A stretch of 64,000 bases of DNA from an uncultured Actinomycetes bacterium (GCA_963767005.1 CAVYCN010000008.1:96001-160000), one strand, 5' to 3'; numbered from the stretch's first letter, positions 46,806 through 57,347 are shown. Numbers and translations: made by a program. Notes: generated from the sequence alone by a model not told the origin.

Positions 46806-48116
46806 TCACGGCGCGGCCTCGCGGCCGCAGACTGCGGCGAACAGGCCGGCCAGGGGCTCAGCGTACAGCGCGTAATGGAACCGGCGCTCGGCAAGCTCGC
46901 GGCCGCGCCGCCCGATCAGGGCGGCGCGAGCCGGGTCGTCGAGCAGCTCGACCACGGAGCGGCCGAAGGCGACCGGCTCACCGGCCGGGCGCACCAGGGC
47001 GTCCAGGCCGTCGGTGAAGAAGCGCGGGATCTCGCCGACGTCGCTCGTGACGACGGGCCGGGCAGCCGCCAGATACTCGCCGATCTTGGTCGGGAAGCGC
47101 GCCTGCGAACGCTGGTCGTAGAAGAGCGGGATGAGCAGCGCGTGGGCGCGCGCGTAGAGGCCGAGCAGCTCCTCGCGCGACAGGTAGCCGACGAGGTCGA
47201 CGCGATCGCCGAGGCCGGCTTCGCGCACCGCGGCGCGCAGCCAGTCGCTCTTGGGGTCGCCGGGCTCGGCGCCGGTGACCGCGAGACGGCACTCGGGGTG
47301 CGTGCGCCACACCTCGGCCATGGCGGCGAAGATGAAACGGATGGTCGGCTTGTAGTCGGGCGAGCCGGCGAACACGACGAGCGGATCGCCGGTCGGGTAG
47401 GGCGCCGGCTGCCGCTCGTCGACGTCGACCAGGATGGGCACCTCGACGACTCGCAGCCGGCGCCGGCGGCCGTGCGCCTGGCGCGCCGCCCAGCCGCGCA
47501 GCTCGGCGGAGATCGCGATCACCCCGGCCATGCCGTCGACCGGCGACCAGAGCCGCGCCAGCAGGCTCTTCTGACGGGCGTAGGCCCAGGGGGTCTCGTC
47601 GATCTCGCGCACGACCGGCACCCCGAGGCGGTGTAGCAGGGCGAGGAAGAAGGCGAGGCGGACCGCCGGTCGCGGCGTCCACAGCCACAGGCAGACGGCG
47701 TCGAGGCGCCCCTCGCGGCGCAGCCGCACGAGGCGCGCGGCGCCGTGGGCCCAGCCCCAGGTGGCGATCAGGCGACGGACGAGGAACGAGTCGTGGCGCA
47801 CGGTCGTGCCGCAGGTGTACTCGAAGGGCACCCCCTGGTGCTCGCCGCGTACGACCGTGTTCTCGACGTGCGTCGGGTGATCGGCGGCCTGCAGCGTGAT
47901 GACGCGGGTGTTGACGCCGCCCTCGCGTAGCGCCCGGGCGACGAGGCGCGCGCGGCTGGTCGCCGCCATGCCGTGGGGGAAGGGCAGCCAGTCGCCGAGC
48001 ACGACGACCTCGAGCGGGCCGGTCGCCGCGCCGCCTGGCGCGGCGCCGGCTCCGGGTGCGGCCGCCTTTGCCCGCGTCGCTTCGACCTGCTCTTGTGCGC
48101 TGTCGGTCAGACCCAT
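46806..48116 (-). CDS. glycosyltransferase family 4 (start uncertain)
   Basis: IAISAEL, VFAGS, RFPTKIGEYLAAARPVVTSDVGEI. Confidence 0.85.
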   Translation of the reverse strand: MGLTDSAQEQVEATRAKAAAPGAGAAPGGAATGPLEVVVLGDWLPFPHGMAATSRARLVARALREGGVNTRVITLQAADHPTHVENTVVRGEHQGVPFEYTCGTTVRHDSFLVRRLIATWGWAHGAARLVRLRREGRLDAVCLWLWTPRPAVRLAFFLALLHRLGVPVVREIDETPWAYARQKSLLARLWSPVDGMAGVIAISAELRGWAARQAHGRRRRLRVVEVPILVDVDERQPAPYPTGDPLVVFAGSPDYKPTIRFIFAAMAEVWRTHPECRLAVTGAEPGDPKSDWLRAAVREAGLGDRVDLVGYLSREELLGLYARAHALLIPLFYDQRSQARFPTKIGEYLAAARPVVTSDVGEIPRFFTDGLDALVRPAGEPVAFGRSVVELLDDPARAALIGRRGRELAERRFHYALYAEPLAGLFAAVCGREAAP

Positions 48117-48334
48117 GCTCCCTTGCGACCGGCACGCCGGTCGCGGATCCGTCGTCTTCGTCGTGGTCCCATCGGCAGGCTGCGCGCCCAAGTTGACCCC
48201 GGCCGTCGCATGGGTCCCGCGTGAGTCCTCGCCCCTCCCGCCGCGCCAGTGGCCGCGGCGCATCGTCTTGCCTACTGTGCCCCTCCGATGGAAATCGTCT
48301 TCCGTTGACTGGCGTGGGACCAGAGCGAAGGCTA

Positions 48335-48363
48335 GCATCGGCCTCGCCCGAAGTCTCTACGAG
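48335..48363 (-). promoter_or_regulatory. possible sigma28-type promoter (weaker)
   Basis: cTCGT-N16-GCCGATGC on the minus strand. Confidence 0.4.
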
Positions 48364-48393
48364 GGTTCGCCGGCGGGCGTCACGGACGCGCGC

Positions 48394-49278
48394 CTAGGAG
48401 CGCAGCGTCCAGATCCCGCGGTCGAAGTCGAAAACGGCCCGCGGGTGGCGATACCAGGGCAGCACGCCGACCTTGTGCAGGGCGTCGCCGACGAGGCGCC
48501 GCCGGCCGGGCCCGATCAGGCGCACGACGTTCGCGCGGCGCCGCGCCGCGGCGTCGTACCCGGCGACGAAGGCCGCGTGCAGGCCGCGGGCCTCGCGTTC
48601 GTAGAGGCCGTCGCCGGCGTCGCCGAGGCGGTCCTCGTGCACGCGAAAGCCGCCCAGCAGGGTCTGCACGTGGACGAGCGGCGCGAGGCGAAAGAAGCGC
48701 AGCCAGAGGTCGAAGTCGGCGGCGCAGGTGAGCGCGTCGTCGAGGCGCCCACCGGCGCGCTCCCACAGCCGCCGGCGCCAGAACACCGACTCCTGCTGGA
48801 GCCAGCGAAAGTCGCCGGCCAGGACGTCGTAGGCGTTGAAGGTGCCATACGAGGTCGACACGGCGCGCGGCCCGCCCTGCCGGTCGAACATCGAGGCCAC
48901 GCCCATGACCCAGTCGACCTCGGGAAGCTGCGTGAAAACCTGGGCCACCGTCTCGAAGGTCCAGGGGTAGTACAGGTCGGAGCTGTTCAGCCAGCACATG
49001 ATCTCGCCGCTCGTGCCGGCGAAGCCCTTGTTGAGGGCGTCGGCGTGGCCGCGGTCGGGCTCGCTCCCCCAGCGCGAGAGCTCGCCTTCGTGGCGCCGGA
49101 TGATGTCGACGCTGCCGTCGGTCGAGCCGCCGTCGACGACGACGTACTCGAGATCGGGGTAACCCTGCGACACGACCGATCGCAGCGTGGCCTCGAGGTA
49201 GTCGGCTTGGTTGAACGACGGCGTGACCACGCTGATGCGTGGGAGCGCCGCCGTGCGCGCTGTCGCGTTCGTAGTCAT
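48394..49278 (-). CDS. glycosyltransferase family 2 (WcaE/WfgS-like)
   Basis: ISVVTPSFNQ, VVDGGSTDGS, SEPDRG, WLNSSD, ADFDLWLRF. Confidence 0.9.
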   Translation of the reverse strand: MTTNATARTAALPRISVVTPSFNQADYLEATLRSVVSQGYPDLEYVVVDGGSTDGSVDIIRRHEGELSRWGSEPDRGHADALNKGFAGTSGEIMCWLNSSDLYYPWTFETVAQVFTQLPEVDWVMGVASMFDRQGGPRAVSTSYGTFNAYDVLAGDFRWLQQESVFWRRRLWERAGGRLDDALTCAADFDLWLRFFRLAPLVHVQTLLGGFRVHEDRLGDAGDGLYEREARGLHAAFVAGYDAAARRRANVVRLIGPGRRRLVGDALHKVGVLPWYRHPRAVFDFDRGIWTLRS

Positions 49279-49768
49279 GGCCTGCTCCGCCGCCCGCGAC
49301 CTGCCGGCCCGGACGGTCTCGCTTGCGGTCGAGGGCAGTCTAGCAGGCAGCGACGGCGGCGGTCGCCCGACGACGCGCTGGCTCGCGTCTGCCCGGCCCC
49401 TCGACCGGCGGCGCCCTCGTGCACCCGGTCGCGGTCCCGGGGCGCCGGCGCCTGTCCGGTCGGGAAACAGGATGGTGATACGCGGCCGGTCCGAGTGGGT
49501 AGTGTTCGCGCGTGCGGCGACGGACGACTGCGGGCGGCCGGGGCCGCCCCGGCGTCAGGACGACAGCGACGACGAGGCCGGTCGGGTATCGCCGCGCCGG
49601 CGCACATGAGATGCTTGGTCAGGTCAAAGGTGCCTCGCCCGGCCGCGAGCGGCGCCTCTCGAGCGTCGGTCGAGGGCCCAGGGCCTCGGCGGCAGGCCGC
49701 TGCGCGGGCCTGACGGGCTCGGGCGATCGTCTCCGCACACCCCGCGGTGCGGCGCGGCTCCGCCGCCC

Positions 49769-49797
49769 CTCAATGATTGAGGGTATGGCGTCGATAA
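49769..49797 (+). promoter_or_regulatory. sigma28-type promoter
   Basis: cTCAA-N16-GTCGATAA upstream of wzm. Confidence 0.62.
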
Positions 49798-49901
49798 GCG
49801 TCACCAGGGCTGTGTACAGTCGGCGGCCGTGCCGCGGTTAGGCGGACCGGCCGCTGTCGCCGCGAGCGAGGGCCGCATCGGTCGGCGTCGAACGGAGGGG
49901 T

Positions 49902-50768
49902 GTGGAGAGCGCGACAGTCGAGCAGACGGTCGAACAGATCGCCAGGACCAAGCGGGTCATCAGGCCGCCCAAAGGGCGTGCGGCCCTGCACCTCCGTGAG
50001 CTGTGGGAGTATCGCGAGCTGCTCTACTTCCTGACGTGGCGCGACATCAAGGTGCGCTACAAGCAGGCGGTGCTGGGCGTGGCCTGGGCGGTGCTCAACC
50101 CGCTGATCACGGTCGTCGTGTTCAGCGTCGTCTTCCAGAAGATCCTGCACGTGCAGGTGCCGAAAGGCCTGGATGTGCCCTACGTGCTCTTCAGCTACGC
50201 CGCCCTGCTACCCTGGAACCTCTTCTCGGGCGCTCTCGGCCGGGTCGGCATGAGCCTCGTCGGGAACTCCAATCTGCTCACCAAGATCTACTTCCCGCGT
50301 CTCGTCATACCGATCTCGGCGATCCTCGGCGGCGTCGTCGACTTCGTCATCGCGCTCATCGTCTACTTCGTGCTTATGGCCGCCTACGGCGTGCCGCCGC
50401 ACTGGCAGATCGTGCTGCTGCCGGCCTTTACGCTGCTCGCCATGCTGGCCTCGCTCGCCTTGGGCTTGTGGTTCGCCGCCCTGAACGTGCTGTACCGCGA
50501 CGTCCAGTACGTCATCCCGTTCCTCGTGCAGCTCTGGATGTTCCTGTCGCCCGTCGCCTACCCGATTCAGATCCACACCAGGTGGAAGGCCATCGTGTAC
50601 GGTCTCAACCCGATGGTCGGCGTCATCGCGGGTTTTCGCTGGTCGCTCCTCGGCGAGGCGCCGCCCGGTGGACTGCTGTTCGTGTCGAGCGCCGTCATGG
50701 TGGTGCTGCTCTTGACCGGCCTCGCCTACTTCAAGCGCATGGAGCGCACGTTCGCCGACCTGATCTAG
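49902..50768 (+). CDS. wzm: polysaccharide ABC transporter permease (Wzm/RfbA/TagG family)
   Basis: ELWEYRELL..RDIKVRYKQAVLGVAW, KIYFPR, YRDVQY, SPVAYP, LNPM; GGAGG RBS. Confidence 0.93.
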   Translation: MESATVEQTVEQIARTKRVIRPPKGRAALHLRELWEYRELLYFLTWRDIKVRYKQAVLGVAWAVLNPLITVVVFSVVFQKILHVQVPKGLDVPYVLFSYAALLPWNLFSGALGRVGMSLVGNSNLLTKIYFPRLVIPISAILGGVVDFVIALIVYFVLMAAYGVPPHWQIVLLPAFTLLAMLASLALGLWFAALNVLYRDVQYVIPFLVQLWMFLSPVAYPIQIHTRWKAIVYGLNPMVGVIAGFRWSLLGEAPPGGLLFVSSAVMVVLLLTGLAYFKRMERTFADLI

Positions 50769-50794
50769 GGTCGAGCGAGCGCAAAGGCATGGGC

Positions 50795-52060
50795 ATGGAC
50801 GACATCAGCATCAGGGTCGATGGGCTCGGCAAGATGTACCACATCGGCGGGGCGCTGCAGCGCCACACCACGCTGCGCGATGCCATCGTGGCGGCCGCCT
50901 CCAGACCGATCGAGCGCATCCGGCACCCCGGCTCCGTCACCAACCGCAGCGAGGAGCTCTGGGCGCTACGCGGCCTTTCGCTCGAGGTGCGCGAGGGCGA
51001 GGTGCTCGGCGTGGTCGGCGGCAACGGCGCCGGCAAGAGCACGTTCCTCAAGCTGCTGTCGCGCATCACCGAGCCGACCGAGGGCGAGATCTCGCTCACC
51101 GGTCGCGTCGGCAGCCTGCTCGAGGTCGGCACGGGCTTTCACCCCGAGCTCACCGGCCGCGAGAACATCTACCTGAACGGCGCCATCCTGGGCATGACCC
51201 GGGTCGAGATCAACCAGCGCTTCGACGACATCGTCGAGTTCTCCGAGATCGGGCGGTTCCTCGACACGCCGGTCAAGCGCTACTCGAGCGGCATGTACGT
51301 GCGCCTGGCCTTCGCCGTGGCGGCCCACCTCGAGCCCGAGATCCTGCTCATCGACGAGGTCCTATCCGTCGGCGACGCGGCCTTCCAGCGCAAGTGCCTG
51401 GGCCGCATGGAGAACGTCGCCGAGTCGGGTCGCACTGTGCTGCTTGTGAGCCACAACATGCAGACCATCCGCAGCCTGTGCACGCGGGTCGTGCAGTTCG
51501 AGGCCGGCCGCATCGTCAAAGAAGGGGAGCCCTCGCAGGTGGTCGACTCGTACCTCAAGCTGCTCGGCGGCAGCGACGGCGAGGCCCTGTGGTCGGGCGA
51601 CGACCGGCCCGGCGACGACGATGTGCGGCTCTCCGCCCTGCGCGTGCTCGACGCGGACGGCCGCCGCACGCCGTTCGTGATGAGCAGCGAGCCGTTCGTC
51701 GTGCAGATGGACGTCGACATCGAGCGCCTCGTGCCCAACCTGACGATCGGCTTTGACCTCGCCCTGGCCGACGGCACGCTCGTGTTCCGCACCTATCAGA
51801 CCGACGACGATCCCACGCTGTGGCCTGAGCTGCGCGTCGGGCGCAACAGGCTCGAGTGCGTGGTGAGCGCCCGCCTGTTGAACGACGGCCGCTACACGGT
51901 GTTCCCGCGCATCAGCATCGATCGCTCGCGCTGGATCGTCGACCGCGGCGCCGTGTCGTTCGACTGCCAGCGCGACCCCGGCAGGTCGCCGCACGCCCTG
52001 GCCCAGAAGCCGGGCGCCCTGGCGCCGCTGCTGCCCTGGCGGAGCGCCGACCCGTCGTGA
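50795..52060 (+). CDS. wzt: polysaccharide ABC transporter ATPase with C-terminal Wzt_C domain
   Basis: GGNGAGKST, GFHPELTGRENI, YSSGMYVRLAF, ILLIDEVL; about 150-aa C-terminal beta-rich extension. Confidence 0.93.
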   Translation: MDDISIRVDGLGKMYHIGGALQRHTTLRDAIVAAASRPIERIRHPGSVTNRSEELWALRGLSLEVREGEVLGVVGGNGAGKSTFLKLLSRITEPTEGEISLTGRVGSLLEVGTGFHPELTGRENIYLNGAILGMTRVEINQRFDDIVEFSEIGRFLDTPVKRYSSGMYVRLAFAVAAHLEPEILLIDEVLSVGDAAFQRKCLGRMENVAESGRTVLLVSHNMQTIRSLCTRVVQFEAGRIVKEGEPSQVVDSYLKLLGGSDGEALWSGDDRPGDDDVRLSALRVLDADGRRTPFVMSSEPFVVQMDVDIERLVPNLTIGFDLALADGTLVFRTYQTDDDPTLWPELRVGRNRLECVVSARLLNDGRYTVFPRISIDRSRWIVDRGAVSFDCQRDPGRSPHALAQKPGALAPLLPWRSADPS

Positions 52061-53373
52061 GCGGAGCGCCGCCTCCCGTCGGCGAGCGACGCCCGGCCCT
52101 GCTGTACTCGCCGAACCTGCAGGGCCACCGGATCACCTACTGCCGTGTGCTCGCCGACGTGCTCACCGAGCTCGGCTTTCGTGTCGTGGTCGCCGCCCGC
52201 CTGCGCGGCCCTGCCGTGGCCGGCGACCCGCTGCTGCTCGACCTCGCCGGGCGTCGCGGGGTGACCGTGCACGACATCGGCGACGCCGACGCGACCGCGA
52301 CCCTCGACACGCTGGCGGCGACCATCCGCCGCGCCGGCGCTGCGGTCACGCTGCTCACCGAGGCCGACACGCTGCTGCCGGCCCTGGCCGAGCGCCGGCG
52401 CCGTGCGGCACCGGCGCTCGGCGGCCGCGTGGTGGGCCTGTTCATCCGCAGCACCAACTACGAGTACCGGCCACGCGTCTCGGCGCTGCGGCGGGCGCGC
52501 ACGCGCCTCGCCGAGGCCCGCGACCGGCGCGTCGGCGAGGCGGGTTTTCACGAAGGCCTCGTGCCGCGCCGGATCCCGCTCGACGCCGCGCTCGTGCTCG
52601 ACGAGCGCTTCGCCCTGGCCCATGCTCGCAGCCACCAGTGGATGCCCGACATCTTCCGCGAGCTCGCCGAGCCGTCACCGGCCGGTGCAGCCGAGACCCG
52701 CGACTGGGCGCCCCGCCTGCGCGGGTTTCTGGACGCGGACCGGAGGCGCCCGCTCGTCGTCTACACGGGACCGAGCGATCGGCGCCGGGGCTACGACACG
52801 CTGCTGCGCCTGTGCCTGGCCGAGCACGGCCGGTTCCTGCACTGCGGCGAGCGCGACGCCGAGCTCGAGCGCGACGGCGCCGACGTGCGCGCGGCGCGCG
52901 AGACGCTCGCCGCGCGCGGCGACCTGCTCGAGACCGGGGCGCCCTACCTGAGCGCCGCCACCGCCGACCTCTTCCTCGACGCGGCGCGCTGCGTCGCGCT
53001 GCCCTACCGCGGCCACGACGGCTCGAGCGGCTCCATGCTGCAGGCGGTCGCCGCTGGCCGGCCGGTGCTCGTGCCCGACCGCGGCCTGTCGGCCTGGCGC
53101 GTGCGCTCGTTTGGCCTGGGCGTCGTGTATCGCGACGGCGATGACGCCGACCTGGCGCGGCGCTTCCGCGAGCTCTGCCGGGTGGGGCCCGAGCCGTATC
53201 ACGCGGCCACCGGGCGCTACACGGCGCTGTTCAGCCGCGACCAGGTGAGGGCCGCGATCGCGCGCGCCGTCGCCGTGCGCGGCGAGGGCGCGCGCCTGCC
53301 CCAGCAGGTGCTGGGTATCGGAGCGCCGGGCTCCGCCGGCAGCTCGGCCACGACCGAGGCGGTGGCGCGGTGA
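52057..53373 (+). CDS. putative GT-B-fold glycosyltransferase
   Basis: GTGA overlap; GH near the N-terminus, RRGYD, ALPYRGHDGSSGSMLQAVAAGRPVL. Confidence 0.72.
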   Translation: MSGAPPPVGERRPALLYSPNLQGHRITYCRVLADVLTELGFRVVVAARLRGPAVAGDPLLLDLAGRRGVTVHDIGDADATATLDTLAATIRRAGAAVTLLTEADTLLPALAERRRRAAPALGGRVVGLFIRSTNYEYRPRVSALRRARTRLAEARDRRVGEAGFHEGLVPRRIPLDAALVLDERFALAHARSHQWMPDIFRELAEPSPAGAAETRDWAPRLRGFLDADRRRPLVVYTGPSDRRRGYDTLLRLCLAEHGRFLHCGERDAELERDGADVRAARETLAARGDLLETGAPYLSAATADLFLDAARCVALPYRGHDGSSGSMLQAVAAGRPVLVPDRGLSAWRVRSFGLGVVYRDGDDADLARRFRELCRVGPEPYHAATGRYTALFSRDQVRAAIARAVAVRGEGARLPQQVLGIGAPGSAGSSATTEAVAR

Positions 53374-54794
53374 GCATGGTGCGCTACGCGCTGCCGACCC
53401 TGCTGCTGCTCTACTTCTTGTGGCGGTCGCTGCGCCAGCGCGTCTTCCTGCTCGGCATCCCCTTCCTCATGTTCATGAGCTACTCGGTGTTCTTCGACAA
53501 GATGAAGCCGTTCTGGGTGCCGCAGCGTATCGACCCCGTCGACCACCTCATGGTCTGGCTCGTCATCACCTGGTTGCTCTACTTCGACTTCCTGCTGCCG
53601 CGGTACGCCCGCCGGGTGCGCGAGCGGCGGCCCTTCGGGCCGCCGCTCGCCTCCGCCGAAGAAGCCGTCCTGGCTGCGCTCGCGGCCTTCGTCGTCCTCG
53701 AGATCGTGCTCACGGCGCTGCACTACTCGGGCTTCGGCTCCGCGGTGACCGAGGCCAAGTCGTTCATCTACCTGCTCATCGGCTACGCCCTGCTGCGCGG
53801 CATCTTCTGTCACGCCACGCGTGAGGACACGCTCGACTTCCTCGCGGCGATCGTCGTGGTCGACGCGATCGCCGGCGTCCTCTACGTGCTGCACCAGGGT
53901 CTCCACATGTCGATCTACATCGCCACCGAGAACCAGTCGATCGTCTTCATGGGGCAGCACCTCACGCGCAGCTTCTACTTCATGCCGCAGTTCCTGCTGC
54001 TCGCCATCCCGTACTGCGTCGCCCGGCGCCGGCTCGGGGTCTTCTGGCTCGGCGTGCTGATCGTCACGCTCGCGGCCGTGTGGGTCTCGTACACACGCTC
54101 GCTGCTCGTGATCGCGTTCGTCGAGATCGTCGTGGTGCTGGGGCTGCGCCTCGTCAAGAAGCGTGAGGCCTGGCCGGCGGTCAAGCGCGCCGGCCAGATC
54201 GTGGGCGTCGTCGTCGTCTTCGGTGCCCTCGCCTTCGCCCTGCTGCCCACACAGTCCGACTACCTGCTGACCAGGCTGCACCAGGCCGTGTCGGGCGGCG
54301 GTCCCACCCGTACCACCAATGTGGTCAGCCGCATCGACTCCGAGCGCACGACGTACCGCTTCATCAGCAGCGAGGACGTCTGGCTCGGCGCCGGCTTCAC
54401 GTCGACATCACAGGACCCGCGCCTGAGCCAGGTCGACGAGATGGCCTCCGACCTGGTCTGGGTGCCGACGACCTACCGGCTCGGTATGCTCGGGGTGATC
54501 GCAGTGGCCTGCCTGTTCGTCGCGGCGGCCTGGCGCGCCGGCCGTCTCTCGCTGTCGGTCGGTGGCGAGGCGGAGATGCTCTCGATCGTGCTGTGCGCCG
54601 TGATCGTCGGCGTGTTCCTGCAGGGCTTCGTGTCGTGGACGCTGCTCGACCCCGAGCGCACGCCGGTCGCCCTGTGGTTCCTCGCGCTGCTCGCCGGCGA
54701 GACCTGGCGGCGCCGCCACGAGGTGGCCGCCGCGCCGGCGGCGACGCAGACCGGCGACGACTTCGCCGCGCTCGAGAGGGCGGTCAATGACTGA
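53370..54794 (+). CDS. polytopic membrane protein, Wzy polymerase / O-antigen ligase-like
   Basis: About 11-12 hydrophobic segments; SYTRS motif; extracytoplasmic loop with R..(W)LGAGF followed by a G..G helix. Confidence 0.65.
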   Translation: MSMVRYALPTLLLLYFLWRSLRQRVFLLGIPFLMFMSYSVFFDKMKPFWVPQRIDPVDHLMVWLVITWLLYFDFLLPRYARRVRERRPFGPPLASAEEAVLAALAAFVVLEIVLTALHYSGFGSAVTEAKSFIYLLIGYALLRGIFCHATREDTLDFLAAIVVVDAIAGVLYVLHQGLHMSIYIATENQSIVFMGQHLTRSFYFMPQFLLLAIPYCVARRRLGVFWLGVLIVTLAAVWVSYTRSLLVIAFVEIVVVLGLRLVKKREAWPAVKRAGQIVGVVVVFGALAFALLPTQSDYLLTRLHQAVSGGGPTRTTNVVSRIDSERTTYRFISSEDVWLGAGFTSTSQDPRLSQVDEMASDLVWVPTTYRLGMLGVIAVACLFVAAAWRAGRLSLSVGGEAEMLSIVLCAVIVGVFLQGFVSWTLLDPERTPVALWFLALLAGETWRRRHEVAAAPAATQTGDDFAALERAVND

Positions 54795-56298
54795 GGCCGG
54801 ACACAGCGCGGCCGGCGCGCCTCGCGAGGCGGCCGGGTCGACGGCGCCGGGCGCCGTCGGCGCCGATCCGGCGCCGCCCGGCGCCGTCGGCGAGACCGTC
54901 GTCTACGAGTCGGACTGGCTCGGCTCGGTCCCCTGCTTCTACGACCTGCGCAGCGGACGCGCCGGGCACGACATCAACGCGGTGATCGACCCGGCCGAGG
55001 TCGAGTTCGACCCCGAGGGCTTGAACGACTACCTCGACTTCGGCTACAGCGTCTTCGAGCGCACGCCCGTGCGCGACGTCCGGGTGCTGCGCCACTCGTC
55101 GCGGCTGATCAGGGGGCCGGACGGCCTGCGTGTCGAGCAGCTCGACGACCCCACCCTCGGCTGGTTCGACCGCGAGAGCACGGTCGACGAGGTGCTCGAG
55201 GCGGCCGGCGCCGTGGTCAACGCGGCGGCCGCGGCGAGTCGTGGCGACGTGGTCGTGCCGACGAGCGGCGGCTACGATTCGCGCTTCATCGAGCTGCTGA
55301 TCGCCGACCGCTCGCGTGTGCGTGCGTTCACGTACGGCACGTCCGACCGGCCCGAGCTGTCGCCCGACGTCGTCAAGGGGGCCGAGCTCGCCCGGCGCCT
55401 GGGGTTCGGCTGGCGGCAGATCGCGATCGGCGACTTCCACCGCCTGTTCGACGACTGGGACGCCCTGTTCGGCCCGGCCGTGCACGCCCACGGCATGTAC
55501 CAGCTCGAGTTCTACCGCGCGCTGGCGCCGCTCGTCGCGCCCGGTAGCCTGGTCGTCTCGGGCGCCTTCGGCGATTCGATGGCCGGGGTCGACGACGACA
55601 TGGTCATGAAGGTGCCGGTCCTCGACGACCCCGACGACCTGCTCACCGTGTTCCGGTACGGGGCGATGTGCGGCGACTCGGCGCAGAGCGTGTTCCCACG
55701 GCGCCGCGACGGCTGGCGCCGGCTGCTCGACGAGGACCCGCGCCTGCGCACCGAGATGCTGCCGCGGGTCGTCGCGATGCTGCGCCAGCAGGCGACGTTC
55801 TTCTCGTACATGTACCGGCTGCCGGCGGCCGTCGGCCTCGAGAGCCGGGCGCCGTTCGTCGACGCCGGCCTCGCCAGGCTCATGCTCACGCTGCCGACCG
55901 ACCAGCGCCACAAGCGGGCCTGGCAGCGCGAGCTGTTCGCGGCGCGCGGCGTCGACCTCGAGCAGGCCGGCCTGTCGTTCGACTGGCGCAACACCCTGAA
56001 CTTCCGCGCGCTGCGGCGGGTGCCGCTGGAGCCGCTCGACCCCGTGCTGCTGCGCGAGGTCGTCAAGCCCGACTATGTGCGCTGGGCCAACCGTCACGCG
56101 GGCCGGTACGGCCTGCCCTGGGAGGTCTTCGTGCGGCTCGGCTGGCAGCGCGGCTTTCGCCGCCTCGTCAAGACGCTGCAGGCGGCCGGCATCGACGACC
56201 GACGGCTGCCGGCCTACTTCGCCTACCTCACGCTGCGGCCGCTGCAGACACTCATCGAGCGGCGCGACCGGGCCCGGCGCGGCGAGGCGGCCTCATGA
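54787..56298 (+). CDS. asparagine-synthase C-terminal (PP-loop) domain protein lacking an intact glutaminase domain
   Basis: DWLGSVPCFY, YLDFGY, VPTSGGYDSR, FTYG, SGAFGD, RAPFVD; no N-terminal CG motif. Confidence 0.72.
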   Translation: MTEAGHSAAGAPREAAGSTAPGAVGADPAPPGAVGETVVYESDWLGSVPCFYDLRSGRAGHDINAVIDPAEVEFDPEGLNDYLDFGYSVFERTPVRDVRVLRHSSRLIRGPDGLRVEQLDDPTLGWFDRESTVDEVLEAAGAVVNAAAAASRGDVVVPTSGGYDSRFIELLIADRSRVRAFTYGTSDRPELSPDVVKGAELARRLGFGWRQIAIGDFHRLFDDWDALFGPAVHAHGMYQLEFYRALAPLVAPGSLVVSGAFGDSMAGVDDDMVMKVPVLDDPDDLLTVFRYGAMCGDSAQSVFPRRRDGWRRLLDEDPRLRTEMLPRVVAMLRQQATFFSYMYRLPAAVGLESRAPFVDAGLARLMLTLPTDQRHKRAWQRELFAARGVDLEQAGLSFDWRNTLNFRALRRVPLEPLDPVLLREVVKPDYVRWANRHAGRYGLPWEVFVRLGWQRGFRRLVKTLQAAGIDDRRLPAYFAYLTLRPLQTLIERRDRARRGEAAS

Positions 56299-57347
56299 GC
56301 GCTGGACCCCGTCTGACCTTCGGCATGATCGTCCTGAACGGCCTGCCGTTTCTGCCCTACAACCTGCGGTCGCTGTACCCGTTCGCCCACCAGATCGTGG
56401 TCGTCGAGGGCGCCGCGCCGGGGGCGGCCGGCATCGCCGCGCCCGACGGCCATTCGCGCGACGGCACGCTCGACGCGCTGCGACGCTTCGCGGCCGACGA
56501 GGACCCCGGCGGCAAGCTCACGATCGTGACGGCCGAGGACGAGGGTCACGCCGACGGCTTCTGGCCGGGCGAGAAGGACGAGCAGAGCCGCGCCTACGCG
56601 ACGCGCGCCACCGGCGACTACCTGTGGCAGGTCGACGTCGACGAGTTCTACCTCCCCGACGACATCGCGGCCGTGGCCGAGCTGCTCCGCACGGAGCCGC
56701 CGGTCAGCGCGATGACGTTCCCCACCGTGACGATCTGGGGAGCGCCGTGGTGCGCCGTCGACGGCTGGTTCCTGCGGCGCGGCGCGGCCGACTACCACCG
56801 CCTGTTCCGCTGGGGCCCGGGCTACACCTACGCGACGCATCGCCCGCCCACCGTGCTCGACGACCGCGGCCGCGACACGCGCGAGGGTCGCTGGCTGCGC
56901 GCCGCCGACCTGCGGGAACGCAACATCGCCATGCGCCACTACTCGCTGCTGCTGCCGCGCCAGGTGCGCGAGAAGGTCGAGTACTACGCGCACTGGGGTG
57001 TGGCGGCCCGCCGCCTGCGCGGCCGGGAGTGGCTGGCCGACTCGTACCTCACACTGCGGCGCCCGTACCGCGTCCACAACGTCTATCAGTACCCGAGCTG
57101 GCTGCTGCGCTACGACGGCCAGCATCCGCCCGAGGTCGAGCGCATGCTCGCCGATCTCGCCGCGGCCGACGCCCACGAGCTGCGCCCCATGGCCGACGCC
57201 GAACGGCTGCTCGCCTCGCAGAGCTACGCGACCGGCCGCGAGCTGCTCCGCCTGGCCGAGCCGGTCGACCGCTGGGCGCGCCGGCTGCGCTGGTCGGTCG
57301 GGCCGCGGGCACGCCGGCTGCTGGGGCGGACGGAGGCCGCGCGATGA
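56295..57347 (+). CDS. glycosyltransferase family 2-like protein
   Basis: ATGA overlap; IVVVEGA, SRDGT, WQVDVDEFY (DxD). Confidence 0.78.
   Translation: MSAGPRLTFGMIVLNGLPFLPYNLRSLYPFAHQIVVVEGAAPGAAGIAAPDGHSRDGTLDALRRFAADEDPGGKLTIVTAEDEGHADGFWPGEKDEQSRAYATRATGDYLWQVDVDEFYLPDDIAAVAELLRTEPPVSAMTFPTVTIWGAPWCAVDGWFLRRGAADYHRLFRWGPGYTYATHRPPTVLDDRGRDTREGRWLRAADLRERNIAMRHYSLLLPRQVREKVEYYAHWGVAARRLRGREWLADSYLTLRRPYRVHNVYQYPSWLLRYDGQHPPEVERMLADLAAADAHELRPMADAERLLASQSYATGRELLRLAEPVDRWARRLRWSVGPRARRLLGRTEAAR

Noticed and set aside
49279-49760. Gene or ncRNA in the gap between the GT2 gene and wzm
   Set aside because: Only low-complexity ORFs without RBS and no recognisable RNA structure; best read as a divergent promoter region.
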